A stretch of DNA of 64,000 bases from an uncultured Acidobacteriota bacterium (GTDB lineage: Bacteria > Acidobacteriota > Thermoanaerobaculia > Gp7-AA8), in the NCBI GenBank assembly GCA_963741955.1, contig CAVUKB010000001.1, forward strand, positions 192,001 through 256,000, in the 5' to 3' direction. Within the stretch, counting starts at the first letter, position 1; each line of letters opens with the position of its first letter. Under the pieces are notes generated by a model. The model saw only the letters and a program-made list of their open reading frames with translations, was not told where the DNA came from and searched no databases. Both the position numbers and the translations under genes were made by a program. Positions 39,313 through 49,335 of the stretch are shown piece after piece.

Positions 39313-39525
39313 TCAGGATGCCTGTCCGGGGCGGCGGAAGGGGAGAATCCGCGCTCCGTCCCGTTTCGAAACGGATTCTTTCGCCGGCGGGACGGGTGCT
39401 GCCGGCGCTTCTTCGGCCGAATCGTCCGGACGACCGCGGAAAAGCGACTCGAGAAGCTTCCGGTCGAGAGGAAGCCTGAAATCGAACATGTCCGACTCCT
39501 CAGGGTCCGGTCTCTGTTGCATCAT
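39313..39525 (-). CDS. Small hypothetical protein
   Basis: Ends ARILPFRRP; co-oriented with neighbours. Confidence 0.45.
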   Translation of the reverse strand: MMQQRPDPEESDMFDFRLPLDRKLLESLFRGRPDDSAEEAPAAPVPPAKESVSKRDGARILPFRRPGQAS

Positions 39526-39625
39526 GGCGGCGTTCGCTGCCGGGAGTCAGACGAGCCGTACGGCGGCGGACCGGGCCGTTCGGCAGATATTGTAGCGCTG
39601 GAAGAGTGAAGCGGGGTGATCGGCG

Positions 39626-39856
39626 TCAGCTCGTCCGTCGCGGGTCGGCCTCGTCGAACCGGGAAAGGATCTCACCGCGGAGTCTCTGCTCCTTCACCCG
39701 CAGTGTCCGGACCAGCACCCGAAACTGCTCGTGCTCGCGGGGATCGAGAACTTCTGCAGCCTGACGCAGCTCGGTCTCGATCGCATCGAGCTGTTCCCTG
39801 CTGCGCTCGATGAGGGTGAGGAGAAGTCCGATCTCGTTCTCTTCCCGTACGCTCAT
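39626..39856 (-). CDS. Small helical hypothetical protein
   Basis: MSVREENEIGLLLTLIERSREQL..., amphipathic helices. Confidence 0.6.
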   Translation of the reverse strand: MSVREENEIGLLLTLIERSREQLDAIETELRQAAEVLDPREHEQFRVLVRTLRVKEQRLRGEILSRFDEADPRRTS

Positions 39857-39867
39857 CGGATCTCCGG

Positions 39868-40398
39868 TCACGACCCGAAGCCTGCTTCGGTGCGGGCGCT
39901 CCGTCGAATGCATCGGACGAGAAATTCGATCATCGCGAAGACGTCGACGGGCTTGATCAGCCACTGATGTGCCACACCATCGTCCAGCGCAGGTCTGGTC
40001 GTCCGCTCCGAAAGAAGGGCGGTGCAGTCGACTCCGAAACAGCGGCTGAGACTCTCGAGCGTCTGGAGCGGCGGATCGATGGAGTCCTCGCACCAGCGCG
40101 CGACGGTCTCGGTGTCGATGATCGCGGCGGTGCAGCCGTCTTCGGCGATCGCAGAGAGGGACTGGAGCTCTTCTCGCCGCAGAACGTGGCAGATCAGCCC
40201 GAGATGGAGGCAGATTGCGTGACAGAGAGCGAGTAGAGAAGCGTCGTCGATCGCGATCGCGACGCGGCCGACCGGCGTCAGTGCGCGTCGGGGATCCGCT
40301 CGAGTATCTGTCGCGGTCTCTGGTGACGAAGAGGCGGAGGGATCTCCGTGCATGGTGTAACTGATTTCTGGCGATTCCAGGAGAGAGGCTGTCATCAT
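39868..40398 (-). CDS. Atypical stand-alone receiver-like protein
   Basis: VAIAIDD...AAIID...WLIKPVD receiver-like spacing. Confidence 0.55.
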   Translation of the reverse strand: MMTASLLESPEISYTMHGDPSASSSPETATDTRADPRRALTPVGRVAIAIDDASLLALCHAICLHLGLICHVLRREELQSLSAIAEDGCTAAIIDTETVARWCEDSIDPPLQTLESLSRCFGVDCTALLSERTTRPALDDGVAHQWLIKPVDVFAMIEFLVRCIRRSARTEAGFGS

Positions 40399-40831
40399 CC
40401 ATCCAGACTCGAGGTGAATTCCCATTCTTCGGCCTTTGACGGACGGGACACCAGAGGGAAAGCGGGGGGGCTTTAGGGGAAAACCCGCAGGACGGAAGCC
40501 AGGAGTCTGCGCGGTAGGAACGTCCGTAGCGAGAAAGCGGAGCGGCGAGGCCAAATTCGTCCGGATTTGAGGTGCGTAGCGGTGGCTACTCGCCGAAAAT
40601 CCGGACGGATTTGGACCGCTGATCCGTTTTCGCAGTAGGACAGTTTCTATCGCGCAGACTCCTAGCCCGCATTTCTCACACCGTCTCGTCGCGAGGAGGC
40701 GGAGAGGGGCTTGGATGCAAGGAGCGCCCGGCTTCCACCGCGGACGGTTCTCGTGCGCAGAAACAGGAGAGTTGCAGGAGGGAGAGGTGCATTCCTCAGA
40801 TCGTGACTCATCGAGGTTTCAATAATCCGGG

Positions 40832-41479
40832 TTACCGCTCCGCTTCCAGCCATCCCATGTGAGCGGCATAGCGGACCAGCTCCGAACGGTTCTGCGCGCC
40901 GAGCTTTCCCTTGATGTTCGCCTTGTGGCTTTCCACCGTCTTGACGCTCAGACCGAGATCCGCGGCGATCTCCTTGTTGGACTTCCCCCAGGCGATCAGA
41001 CGGAGCACCTGCTCCTCACGACGGGTCAGCTTCCGTTCCGGAGTGCTGGAGTCGTTGCCGTGCTTCCGGATCGAATCGACGATCGCGCCGGTCAGTGTCG
41101 GGGCGAGATACGACTTCCCACTCATCACCGTCCGGATGGCGAGGAAGAGCTCGTCCGGCGGTGACTGTTTGAGTGCATATCCCTCGACTCCCGATTCGAG
41201 CATCTGCTGGAGGTACCCGTACTCGCGATGTCGGGTGAGAACCAGAATCCGGGCCGACGGGACCGACTCCCGGATCCTCTCCACTGAATGCACCGGAGAG
41301 CTTCCCGGGAGGGAGAGGTCGAGGAGGACGAGCTCGGGGCGGCTCTGCGGAAGGAGAGGAAGAGCGGTGAAGATGTTGTCGGCGTCGCCGACGACCTGCA
41401 TGTCATGTTCGGTCGCGAGGAGCAGCTTCAATCCTTCCCGGACGGAGTTGTGATCTTCGATCAGAAAGACTCGGGTCAT
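40832..41479 (-). CDS. NarL/LuxR-family response regulator
   Basis: IEDH, LLDLSLPG, LTRREEQVLRLIAWGKSNKEIA. Confidence 0.95.
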   Translation of the reverse strand: MTRVFLIEDHNSVREGLKLLLATEHDMQVVGDADNIFTALPLLPQSRPELVLLDLSLPGSSPVHSVERIRESVPSARILVLTRHREYGYLQQMLESGVEGYALKQSPPDELFLAIRTVMSGKSYLAPTLTGAIVDSIRKHGNDSSTPERKLTRREEQVLRLIAWGKSNKEIAADLGLSVKTVESHKANIKGKLGAQNRSELVRYAAHMGWLEAER

Positions 41480-42798
41480 TCGAGGATCTCCTGGAGCGGC
41501 TCCGAGACGATCGGCAGCCGGAAGTAGAGCGTCGTTCCTTTCGAGCGGGACGATTCGATCTCGAACGAGCCTCCGAGCGATTCGACCCGCTCCATCATGC
41601 TGCGGAGACCGAGCCCGCCGTTCTGCATCTTCTCCGACGCGTACTCGAACCCTTCGCCGTCGTCTTCGACGATCAGCGTCAGAGCTCCCTGGTCCAGCCG
41701 GAGCTCCACGGAAACCGAGTGCGCGTTTGCGTGCCGCGCAACGTTGTTCAATGCTTCATTGAGAATCCGGAAAAGATTGCTCTCCACGAGCTGAGGGAGC
41801 CGGGAGTGGACCTCCTCGACCTGCACGTCGGCCGGAATGCCGGAGATTTCCGACCATCCGAGGGTATGGTCGCGCACCGCCTCGAAGAGTCCCATCTCGT
41901 CGAGGACCACCGGCCGGAGCTCGTGGATCGCTCGGTCCAGCTCCCGATCAAGCTCCGCGACGAGCCACTGAAGCTTCCGGAGGTCGTCGGCCGTGGTCGG
42001 CCGGGCGGTGGCGGCGGCCAGAGAAAGAGAAAGCGCGGTGATCTGCTGTCCGACGCCGTCGTGGAGGTCCCGCGCGATCCGGCTGCGCTCTTCTTCCTGA
42101 GCGGCGACGAGATGCCGGAGCAGCTCGGTGCGATTCCGCTCGTTGGCGATGGCAGTCGCAGTGGATCTCCGGAGAGCGTCGTTCGCATTCCGGAGCTCGT
42201 GAGTCCGATCGTCGACGCGCCGTTCCAGATCCTCCCGGTTTGCCCGCGCCAGCCGCTCTGCCTCGCGGATCGCGGTGACGCCCGTCATCACCATCAGACG
42301 AAACGAGTGGTCTCGCGTCGCGATCCATTCGATCCGGGTGAGGAACATCCGCCCGCCGAGGGAGATCTCCATCGGAAGAGGGTGCTGGTGTGCTGCGGGA
42401 TTCGTGCTCGCGAGACGCTCGAGATCGCCGAATGCCGGATGGAGAGTGTCGAGCTGCCGTCCCTCGACCGAGAGATCTGCGGAGCGGATCATCTTCCGGA
42501 ACGCGCTGTTCGCGGTGATGATGCGGAAATCCTCGGTCAGGAGAACGACTGCTTCATTGAGGGAATCGAGAACGAGCCGCGAATAGCGGGTGGGGATACG
42601 GAATCCGTCGGCGATGACGGTATGAAAATCGAGTGCGACGGCGGTGAGGGAGCGGACCGTCTCGCGCATGATCGAGCTCTGTTGCTCGATGGAGCTCGAG
42701 AGTGCCTCATGCAGCTCCCGCGTCTCTGCGCTCAACCGCTCAACGCGCGCGCGAATGACGTCGAACCGGTCTGGTTCCGCGGTCGTCATGGTCGTCAC
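41476..42798 (-). CDS. PAS sensor histidine kinase (HisKA_3)
   Basis: EEERSRIARDLHD, EALNNVARHA, DDGEGF, GLGL. Confidence 0.93.
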   Translation of the reverse strand: MTTMTTAEPDRFDVIRARVERLSAETRELHEALSSSIEQQSSIMRETVRSLTAVALDFHTVIADGFRIPTRYSRLVLDSLNEAVVLLTEDFRIITANSAFRKMIRSADLSVEGRQLDTLHPAFGDLERLASTNPAAHQHPLPMEISLGGRMFLTRIEWIATRDHSFRLMVMTGVTAIREAERLARANREDLERRVDDRTHELRNANDALRRSTATAIANERNRTELLRHLVAAQEEERSRIARDLHDGVGQQITALSLSLAAATARPTTADDLRKLQWLVAELDRELDRAIHELRPVVLDEMGLFEAVRDHTLGWSEISGIPADVQVEEVHSRLPQLVESNLFRILNEALNNVARHANAHSVSVELRLDQGALTLIVEDDGEGFEYASEKMQNGGLGLRSMMERVESLGGSFEIESSRSKGTTLYFRLPIVSEPLQEILE

Positions 42799-42995
42799 CT
42801 TCTCGGGTCAGCCGAATCGAAGTTCATGCGACTCTCATGCCGGACAGGACCGTTCTCGAACGGATCGTGTATCGCAGAACCTGGGAACTCTATCCTCTGT
42901 AGACATCCGCCGCTTCAATTTCTCACGGTGGTCCGGGAGAGGGCGACTCGAACTTCTCGCGACCTCCTGCGGTCGCGCACGGGTGATCGGGGCGG

Positions 42996-45608
42996 TCAGC
43001 CCGGCTGCTCGACGATCGTGAGCACGGCACCTTCGATTCTGTTCTCGAGAGTCTTGTAAGGCTTGATTCTCAAATTGTAGGTTCCGCCATTCCTCCCGTC
43101 CACTTCGATGTCGTGAACCACGAGCGAATCGACCGAGTCCGCGACGAGTTTTTCGAGGTCGTCGATGCGGAGAGTGGTCCGGAGGTCGGTGATCGGTCTG
43201 CCGAGATCCGAAGGGATCAGATTGAGAACCTTCTGCGCCGCGGAGTTGAAGCGCCGGATCCGGTAATCGCTGCCGAGCATGAGGATCGGGATGTCGACCG
43301 AGCCGAGGAGGTTCGACAGGTCGTTGTTCAGTTGCGAGAGCTCGTGATTGCGGGTCTCGAGCTCCTCGTTGAGCGTGGTCAGCTCTTCGTTGCTCGACTG
43401 CAGCTCTTCCTTCGCGGTCTCCAGCTCTTCGTTCGTGCTCTGCAGCTCTTCGTTGCTCGACTGGATCTCCTCGTTCGCACTCCGGAGCTCTTCGTTCGTC
43501 GCCTCCTGTTCCTCGATGATCGACTGGAGGTACTCGCGGGTGGCATCCAGCTCTCTCTCGAGTTTCTCGATCTCTTTGCGCTCCGCCTGAGTGGGCGCTT
43601 TTCCCTGCCGGGAGCTTGCCGGGTGCGCTGGTTTCGCGACTTCGAAAAGGATCACGAAGTGGCGCTGCTCTTTCGAGAATCCGAACGGAATCACTTCCAG
43701 ACCGACCTCGATCGTGCTGCCGTTGGACTTGAGCGGAATCGCTTCTCTCCGCACCGGTTTGTCGCTTCGTCGTGCCTGATGAATCGCGCTCTGAAGGTCC
43801 GCGAAAAGGCCTTCCCTCGTCATCTTCAGCAGGTCGAAGCTGGCCGATCCGGTCGGCGGCTCGAGGAACGGCGCCGTCCGGCCGCGGAACTGAAGGATCT
43901 GCAGATTCGAGTCGACGATCACCCCCGGCGGGACGAATTGGTTGAGGATGGTCCGGTCGGCTTCCTTCAGAATGCTCATTCGCGGCGGAGATTTCTCCTC
44001 TCCACTCCCCGTCGGGGCCGCCTCGGCGATGTTGCCGAACGAGAACTCCACCATCGGACGGGGAGCGACGGACTTCTTGCGGTACACCTTGTGATGCCGG
44101 TCGACCACACCGAACAGGTCGCTCATCTTCCCGACCGTCTCGGAGCTCCCGAGAAGAAGAAATCCGTCGGGATGGAGCGAGTAGTGGAGGATCGAAAGGA
44201 CACGGCGCTGGAGCTGCGGACCGAGATAGATCATCAGGTTCCGGCAGCTGATCAGGTCCAGCTTCGAGAACGGCGGGTCTCTGGTCAGATTCTGCTTCGC
44301 GATGATGCAGCTGTCGCGAACCGACTTGTTCACCCGGTACCGGCCGTCGCTCCTGACGAAGAAGCGGCGGAGCCGCTCCGGGGAGACGTCGCTTGCGATG
44401 CTCGCGGGGTAATCCGCCGCCCGAGCGATCTGCACCGCGTAGTCGCTCACGTCGGTGCCGAAGATCTGGAATGGAATCGAATCCTTCCTCTCGTCGAGCG
44501 CTTCGAGCAACGACATCGCGATGGAGTACGTTTCCTCGCCGGTCGCACACCCCGGAACCCAGATCCGGATCGGCGTTCCGTCGTCGTGCCGTTCGATGAT
44601 CCGGGGAAAGATCTCGCTCCCGAGGAAATCGAAGACCTCGGGATCCCGGAAGAATCCGGTCACCCGGATGAGGAAGTCGTACTCGAGTGCCTCGACCTCC
44701 TTCGGGTCTGCCTGCAGGAGTTGGATGTATTGGGCCAGACTCGTAATCCTGTGAAGGGTCATCCGGCGGAGGAGACGCCGCTCGATGGTGGTCGACTTGT
44801 ACTGGCTGAAGTCGATTCCCGAGGCGGATCGGAGAAGGGAGTAGATCTTCTGGAGGAGCTCGCTGCGTGCGATCAGCTCTTCCGGAGTTCCATCGTCCTG
44901 GATGTAGCGCTCCCTCGACAGCCGCAGGATCTCGTCTGCGATCTGATCCGGTGAGAGCCGGAGGTCGACGGCGGCGCCGATCGCCGCATTGCCCGGGAGG
45001 CGGGAGAATTCTGCGCTCTCGTTCTGAGCGATCGTGATTCCCCCCGCCGCCTTGATCGCAGAAAGCCCCACCGCGCCGTCGTAGGCATCGCCCGAGAGGA
45101 CGATGCCGATGGAGCGAGCCCCGGCGTCCTCCGCGAGAGAGCGGAAGAACGTGTCGATCGGCATCGCCGATCTCGATGGATCGGAGTCGATCAGGCGGAG
45201 AAGACGTTCGCGGACCACGATGTCCGCATGGCCGTCGCAGATGTAGATGCGGTCGGGCTCGACCTGCTGCTCCCGGTCGACTTCGAGCGTCGGGATCAGG
45301 CTGGCGGAGCGGATCGCCTCGACGATCGACGCGCTCTCGCGCTCCGCAGTGTCCCGCACCACGACGAAAGCGACTCCGGTGTCGTCGGGGATCCTGCGGA
45401 AGATCTCCGCGAGAGCGCTCTCGGATCCCTCGCCGCAACCGATTCCGACGATGGGGCCATTCGGTGCCGGCGCGGAGGAGAGGGGAGCCCCGGCGACCGT
45501 CTTCTTTCGTGAGGTCTTGCGCCGGGCTCCTGCGGCCGCCATCCCTTTCGTCGACCGTGGCTTCGTCGTTCCGGCGCCGTTGCCTTCCGTCTTTTTTTTG
45601 TTCGCCAT
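42996..45608 (-). CDS. CheB(degenerate)-CheR-PAS fusion protein
   Basis: IWVPGCATGEE, DLISCRN, NEELQSTNEEL coiled coil, PAS; CheB GxSxGG replaced by GCGEG. Confidence 0.92.
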   Translation of the reverse strand: MANKKKTEGNGAGTTKPRSTKGMAAAGARRKTSRKKTVAGAPLSSAPAPNGPIVGIGCGEGSESALAEIFRRIPDDTGVAFVVVRDTAERESASIVEAIRSASLIPTLEVDREQQVEPDRIYICDGHADIVVRERLLRLIDSDPSRSAMPIDTFFRSLAEDAGARSIGIVLSGDAYDGAVGLSAIKAAGGITIAQNESAEFSRLPGNAAIGAAVDLRLSPDQIADEILRLSRERYIQDDGTPEELIARSELLQKIYSLLRSASGIDFSQYKSTTIERRLLRRMTLHRITSLAQYIQLLQADPKEVEALEYDFLIRVTGFFRDPEVFDFLGSEIFPRIIERHDDGTPIRIWVPGCATGEETYSIAMSLLEALDERKDSIPFQIFGTDVSDYAVQIARAADYPASIASDVSPERLRRFFVRSDGRYRVNKSVRDSCIIAKQNLTRDPPFSKLDLISCRNLMIYLGPQLQRRVLSILHYSLHPDGFLLLGSSETVGKMSDLFGVVDRHHKVYRKKSVAPRPMVEFSFGNIAEAAPTGSGEEKSPPRMSILKEADRTILNQFVPPGVIVDSNLQILQFRGRTAPFLEPPTGSASFDLLKMTREGLFADLQSAIHQARRSDKPVRREAIPLKSNGSTIEVGLEVIPFGFSKEQRHFVILFEVAKPAHPASSRQGKAPTQAERKEIEKLERELDATREYLQSIIEEQEATNEELRSANEEIQSSNEELQSTNEELETAKEELQSSNEELTTLNEELETRNHELSQLNNDLSNLLGSVDIPILMLGSDYRIRRFNSAAQKVLNLIPSDLGRPITDLRTTLRIDDLEKLVADSVDSLVVHDIEVDGRNGGTYNLRIKPYKTLENRIEGAVLTIVEQPG

Positions 45609-45718
45609 GGGAGTCGCACGATTCTACATTGTTATGGATCAGTGTAATTCTGACCGTCCCCAGGCGCATCAAAGAAGCGACGGCAGCGCTTTTGCTCCGC
45701 ACCTTGCAGGGAGAATTT

Positions 45719-46762
45719 TTGGCCAGTCGCGACATCGTAGTCGTCGGAACCTCAGCCGGTGGAGTCGAAGCCCTCACCACCCTCGTCGCCGCGCTTCCGG
45801 AGACGCTCACCTGCTCGATCTTCGTGGTGATTCACCTCGCGCCGTCGAGTCCGGGGATGCTGCCTCAGATTCTGAGCCGGGCCGGAAAGCTTCCGGCGGT
45901 GACTCCGCGCGACGGCGAAGCGTTGAAGCCGGGAATGATTTACGTCGCTCCTCCCGATCGCCACATGATTCTGGATGGAGAAAGGATCCGGGTGCTCTTC
46001 GGACCGAAAGAGAATCGCAACCGTCCGGCAATCGATCCGCTGTTCCGTTCGGCGGCGATGTTTTTCGGATCGAGGGTGGTGGGAGTCATTCTCACCGGAT
46101 CGCTCGGAGACGGAGCCGGCGGATTGAGGATGGTGAAGGAAGCGGGAGGGACGGCGATCGTCCAGGATCCGAACGACGCCCTCTATCCCAGTATGCCTTC
46201 GACCGCCATGGCGAATCTGGAGCCCGACTACGTCCTTCCGCTCGCGGACATCCCGGCGAAGCTGGTCGAGCTGACGAATCCGAAGAACGTGCTGCCGCCG
46301 GAGCATCCTGTTCGCGGTAGTCTCAGACCGAAGGATGCACTGCTGGCGCTCGAGAACGATCACGAGCCATCCCGCAACGGACATCCCTCCGTCTTCTCCT
46401 GCCCCGATTGCGGTGGCGTGCTGTGGGAGGTGACGGAAGAGAACGTGCTGCGTTATCGCTGCCGCGTCGGCCACGCGTTTTCTCCCGAGACGATGCTCGA
46501 AGCGCAGGGGGAAACGCTGGAAGGCGCGCTCTGGGCCGCCCTCGCGACTCTGGACGAGAGCGCGACGCTCGCGCGCCGTCTCGCCGAACAGCACCGCGGC
46601 CGCGGGCTGCCGTGGATCGCTCAGCGCTTCGAAGAGCGGGAGCAGATCGCACGCGAGAGGGCCTCTCTGGTGCGGCAGGCGCTCCTCGGCGTCTCATTGC
46701 ACGAGATTCCCGTCGCTCCTGAAGAGGAGCCAGTGGAGAGCGGGGGAAAGAGTGGAGAATAG
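45719..46762 (+). CDS. cheB: CheB methylesterase with C-terminal Zn-ribbon (CPDCGG...CRVGH)
   Basis: TTG start after GGGAGA; GTSAGG, VIH, RPAIDPLFRS, GDG. Confidence 0.9.
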   Translation: MASRDIVVVGTSAGGVEALTTLVAALPETLTCSIFVVIHLAPSSPGMLPQILSRAGKLPAVTPRDGEALKPGMIYVAPPDRHMILDGERIRVLFGPKENRNRPAIDPLFRSAAMFFGSRVVGVILTGSLGDGAGGLRMVKEAGGTAIVQDPNDALYPSMPSTAMANLEPDYVLPLADIPAKLVELTNPKNVLPPEHPVRGSLRPKDALLALENDHEPSRNGHPSVFSCPDCGGVLWEVTEENVLRYRCRVGHAFSPETMLEAQGETLEGALWAALATLDESATLARRLAEQHRGRGLPWIAQRFEEREQIARERASLVRQALLGVSLHEIPVAPEEEPVESGGKSGE

Positions 46763-46768
46763 CCGGAG

Positions 46769-46987
46769 AGAGAAGCTGAATTCAGAGTGCTTAATGCAGA
46801 TTCAAGACTTCAGAATTCAGGCGCCACCCGCGGGCGACGGCCACCTTCGACCAAACGAATGGCGAGAGCGAATTTAAAAATTGTCCTCCTGCCCCGAAGG
46901 GGCAACGGAGATTAGCCGGTGGAAAGGGAGGAGCTCCCTTCTCGTCTCTCCGCATTCTGCATTCTGCATTCTGAATTCGTCTTCTCC
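46769..46987. repeat. MITE/REP-like element with imperfect terminal inverted repeats and GCATTCT heptamers
   Basis: GAATTCAGAGTGC...GCATTCTGAATTC; internal GCCCCGAAGGGGC; shares TTCAGGCGCCACCCG with 59.37 kb. Confidence 0.6.
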
Positions 46988-46992
46988 CGCAC

Positions 46993-48534
46993 TCACTCCC
47001 ACTCGATCGTGCTGGGAGGTTTCGAAGAGACGTCGTAGACGACGCGGTTGATCCCGCGTACCTCGTTCACGATGCGTCGTGAGATGCGGTCGAGTACTTC
47101 GTAAGGGAAGCGGTACCAGTCCGCAGTCATGAAGTCGCTGGTGACGACCGCCCGCAGCGCACAGACGTTCTCGTACGTCCGGTAATCGCCCATCACTCCG
47201 ACCGACTGCACCGGGAGGAGCACCGCGAACGCCTGCGCGATCTCGCGATAAAGTCCCCCCTTCCGGATCTCTTCGAGCATGATCGCGTCGGCGTTCTGCA
47301 GAATCTCCACGCGCTCCGGGGTCACCTCGCCGAGAACCCGGACTGCGAGGCCGGGGCCGGGAAACGGATGCCGCCAGACGAACTCCTCGTCCAGCCCCAT
47401 CTCCATTCCGAGCTGACGGACTTCGTCTTTGAAGAGCTCCCGAAGCGGCTCGATCAGAGCGAGTCCCATCTTCTCCGGGAGTCCGCCGACGTTGTGGTGC
47501 GTCTTGATCACCGCGGAGGGCCCCTTCACCGAGACCGATTCGATCACGTCGGGGTAGAGCGTTCCCTGGACCAGGAACTCGGCGCCGGTGATCTTCCGAG
47601 CCTCTTCTTCGAAGACCGAGATGAACTCGTGGCCGATCTTCTTTCGTTTCATCTCCGGGTCGGTGATGCCTGCGAGCTCGCGGAAGAAGCGCTCCTTCGC
47701 ATCGACCGCGACCATGTTCAGCCCGAGCCCGTCACTCAGACGCGAGACGACGCCCATCGCTTCGTTCTTTCGAAGCACGCCGTTGTCGACGAAGACCGCA
47801 GTCAGCTGTTCGCCGATCGCTTCACCGACCAGGACCGCGGCCACGGACGAGTCGACCCCGCCGCTCACTCCCGCGATGACCTTCTTGTCGCCCACGACGT
47901 TGCGGATCTCTTCGATTTTCCGTTTGCGGAAGTCGCCGAGGTCCCATTCGCCGCGGCACTGGCAGATCTCGAAGAGGAAATTCTTCAGGATCTGCGCGCC
48001 GTGCTCGGTGTGGGTGACTTCCGGGTGAAACTGGATCGCGAAGCACTTCGTGTCGGGGTTGCCGATTCCGGCGACGGGGGCGGATTGGGAGGAGGCGATG
48101 AGGTGGAATCCGGGAGGCGCCTCGACGACCCGATCGCCGTGACTCATCCAGACGCTCTGGCGCCGGGGCGTACCGCTGAAGATCGATTCGTCCATCGCCT
48201 CGATCTCGGCACGTCCGTACTCGCGCTCCGGAGCCGCCTCGACCTTCCCGCCGAGGAAGAGCGCGGTGATGTACATGCCGTAACAGATGCCGAGGATCGG
48301 AACGCCGAGGGAGAAGATCTCGCGCTGAGGGTAGGGCGCGTCCTCCTCGTATACGGACTGCGGTCCTCCGGAGAGGATGATGCCGCGGGGGGCGAGATTC
48401 CGGAGGCGTTCGATGGAAATGTCGAACGGATGGATCTCGGAGTAGATGTGGTTCTCGCGCACACGCCGGGCGATGAGCTGGGTGTACTGCGATCCGAAGT
48501 CGAGGACGACGATTTTCTCTTCGGCGGAGATCAC
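46993..48534 (-). CDS. guaA: GMP synthase (glutamine-hydrolysing)
   Basis: [40 protein letters not shown]. Confidence 0.98.
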   Translation of the reverse strand: MISAEEKIVVLDFGSQYTQLIARRVRENHIYSEIHPFDISIERLRNLAPRGIILSGGPQSVYEEDAPYPQREIFSLGVPILGICYGMYITALFLGGKVEAAPEREYGRAEIEAMDESIFSGTPRRQSVWMSHGDRVVEAPPGFHLIASSQSAPVAGIGNPDTKCFAIQFHPEVTHTEHGAQILKNFLFEICQCRGEWDLGDFRKRKIEEIRNVVGDKKVIAGVSGGVDSSVAAVLVGEAIGEQLTAVFVDNGVLRKNEAMGVVSRLSDGLGLNMVAVDAKERFFRELAGITDPEMKRKKIGHEFISVFEEEARKITGAEFLVQGTLYPDVIESVSVKGPSAVIKTHHNVGGLPEKMGLALIEPLRELFKDEVRQLGMEMGLDEEFVWRHPFPGPGLAVRVLGEVTPERVEILQNADAIMLEEIRKGGLYREIAQAFAVLLPVQSVGVMGDYRTYENVCALRAVVTSDFMTADWYRFPYEVLDRISRRIVNEVRGINRVVYDVSSKPPSTIEWE

Positions 48535-48559
48535 GGGGGGATGATAAACGAAGACATCT

Positions 48560-49334
48560 GAGATCTGCTATCGAGGATCGAGGATCTGATTTGCGCGATT
48601 TGCGCGAATTGCATATGGACGGACGGGCGTATCCGGTCGGGACGGGACGGATTTGCATATGGACGGATGGGCGCATCCGGTCGGGACGGGACGGATTTGC
48701 ATATGGACGGATGGGCGCATCCGGTACAGACGAGTAGCGTGGAGAGACGGTAAGCGGCTTCGGGGCGATTTCATTTGCGCGAATTGCATATGGACGGATG
48801 GGTGCATCCGGTCGGGACGAGTGGCGAGGAGGGACGGGGAGAGGCTTCGGGACGATTTCATTTGCGCGATTTGGAGGACGTAAATCGCTGCAAATCGCGC
48901 AAATCGGATCGTGCCGAAGCCGCTGCCCGCGCGAGTGGCACCGCTCGATCTTCACGGGACGCCGTTCCAACCCACGCGCAAATCGCGCAAATCGGATCGT
49001 ACCGAAGCCGCTGCCCGCGCGAGTGGCACCGCTCGATCTTCACGGGACGCCGTTCCAACCCACGCGCAAATCGCGCAAATCGGATCGTGCCGAAGCCGCT
49101 GCCCGCGCGAGTGGCACCGCTCGATCTTCACGGGACGCCGTTCCAACCCACGCGCAAATCGCGCAAATCGGATCGTGCCGAAGCCGCTGCCCGCGCGAGT
49201 GGCACCGCTCGATCTTCACGGGACGCCGCTCCAACCCACGCGCAAATCGCGCAAATCGGATCGTCCCGAAGCCGCCGATCACGGAGCCGCGCGAGCCGTC
49301 TTCACGGGACGCCGTTCCAACCTACGCGCAAATC
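48560..49334. repeat. Divergent tandem arrays of ~88-bp and 44-bp units
   Basis: Plus arm starts 48891, 48979, 49067, 49155, 49243; minus arm anchors 48873, 48786, 48699, 48655, 48611. Confidence 0.92.
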
Positions 49335-49335
49335 T

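Noticed and set aside
22598-44954. Long antisense ORFs opposite dcw, ompA and cheBR genes
   Set aside because: Expected stop-poor reverse frames in high-GC coding DNA; no recognisable motifs.
48891-49334. CRISPR array
   Set aside because: Units are almost identical over their full 88 bp, there are no unique spacers, and no cas genes are in the window.
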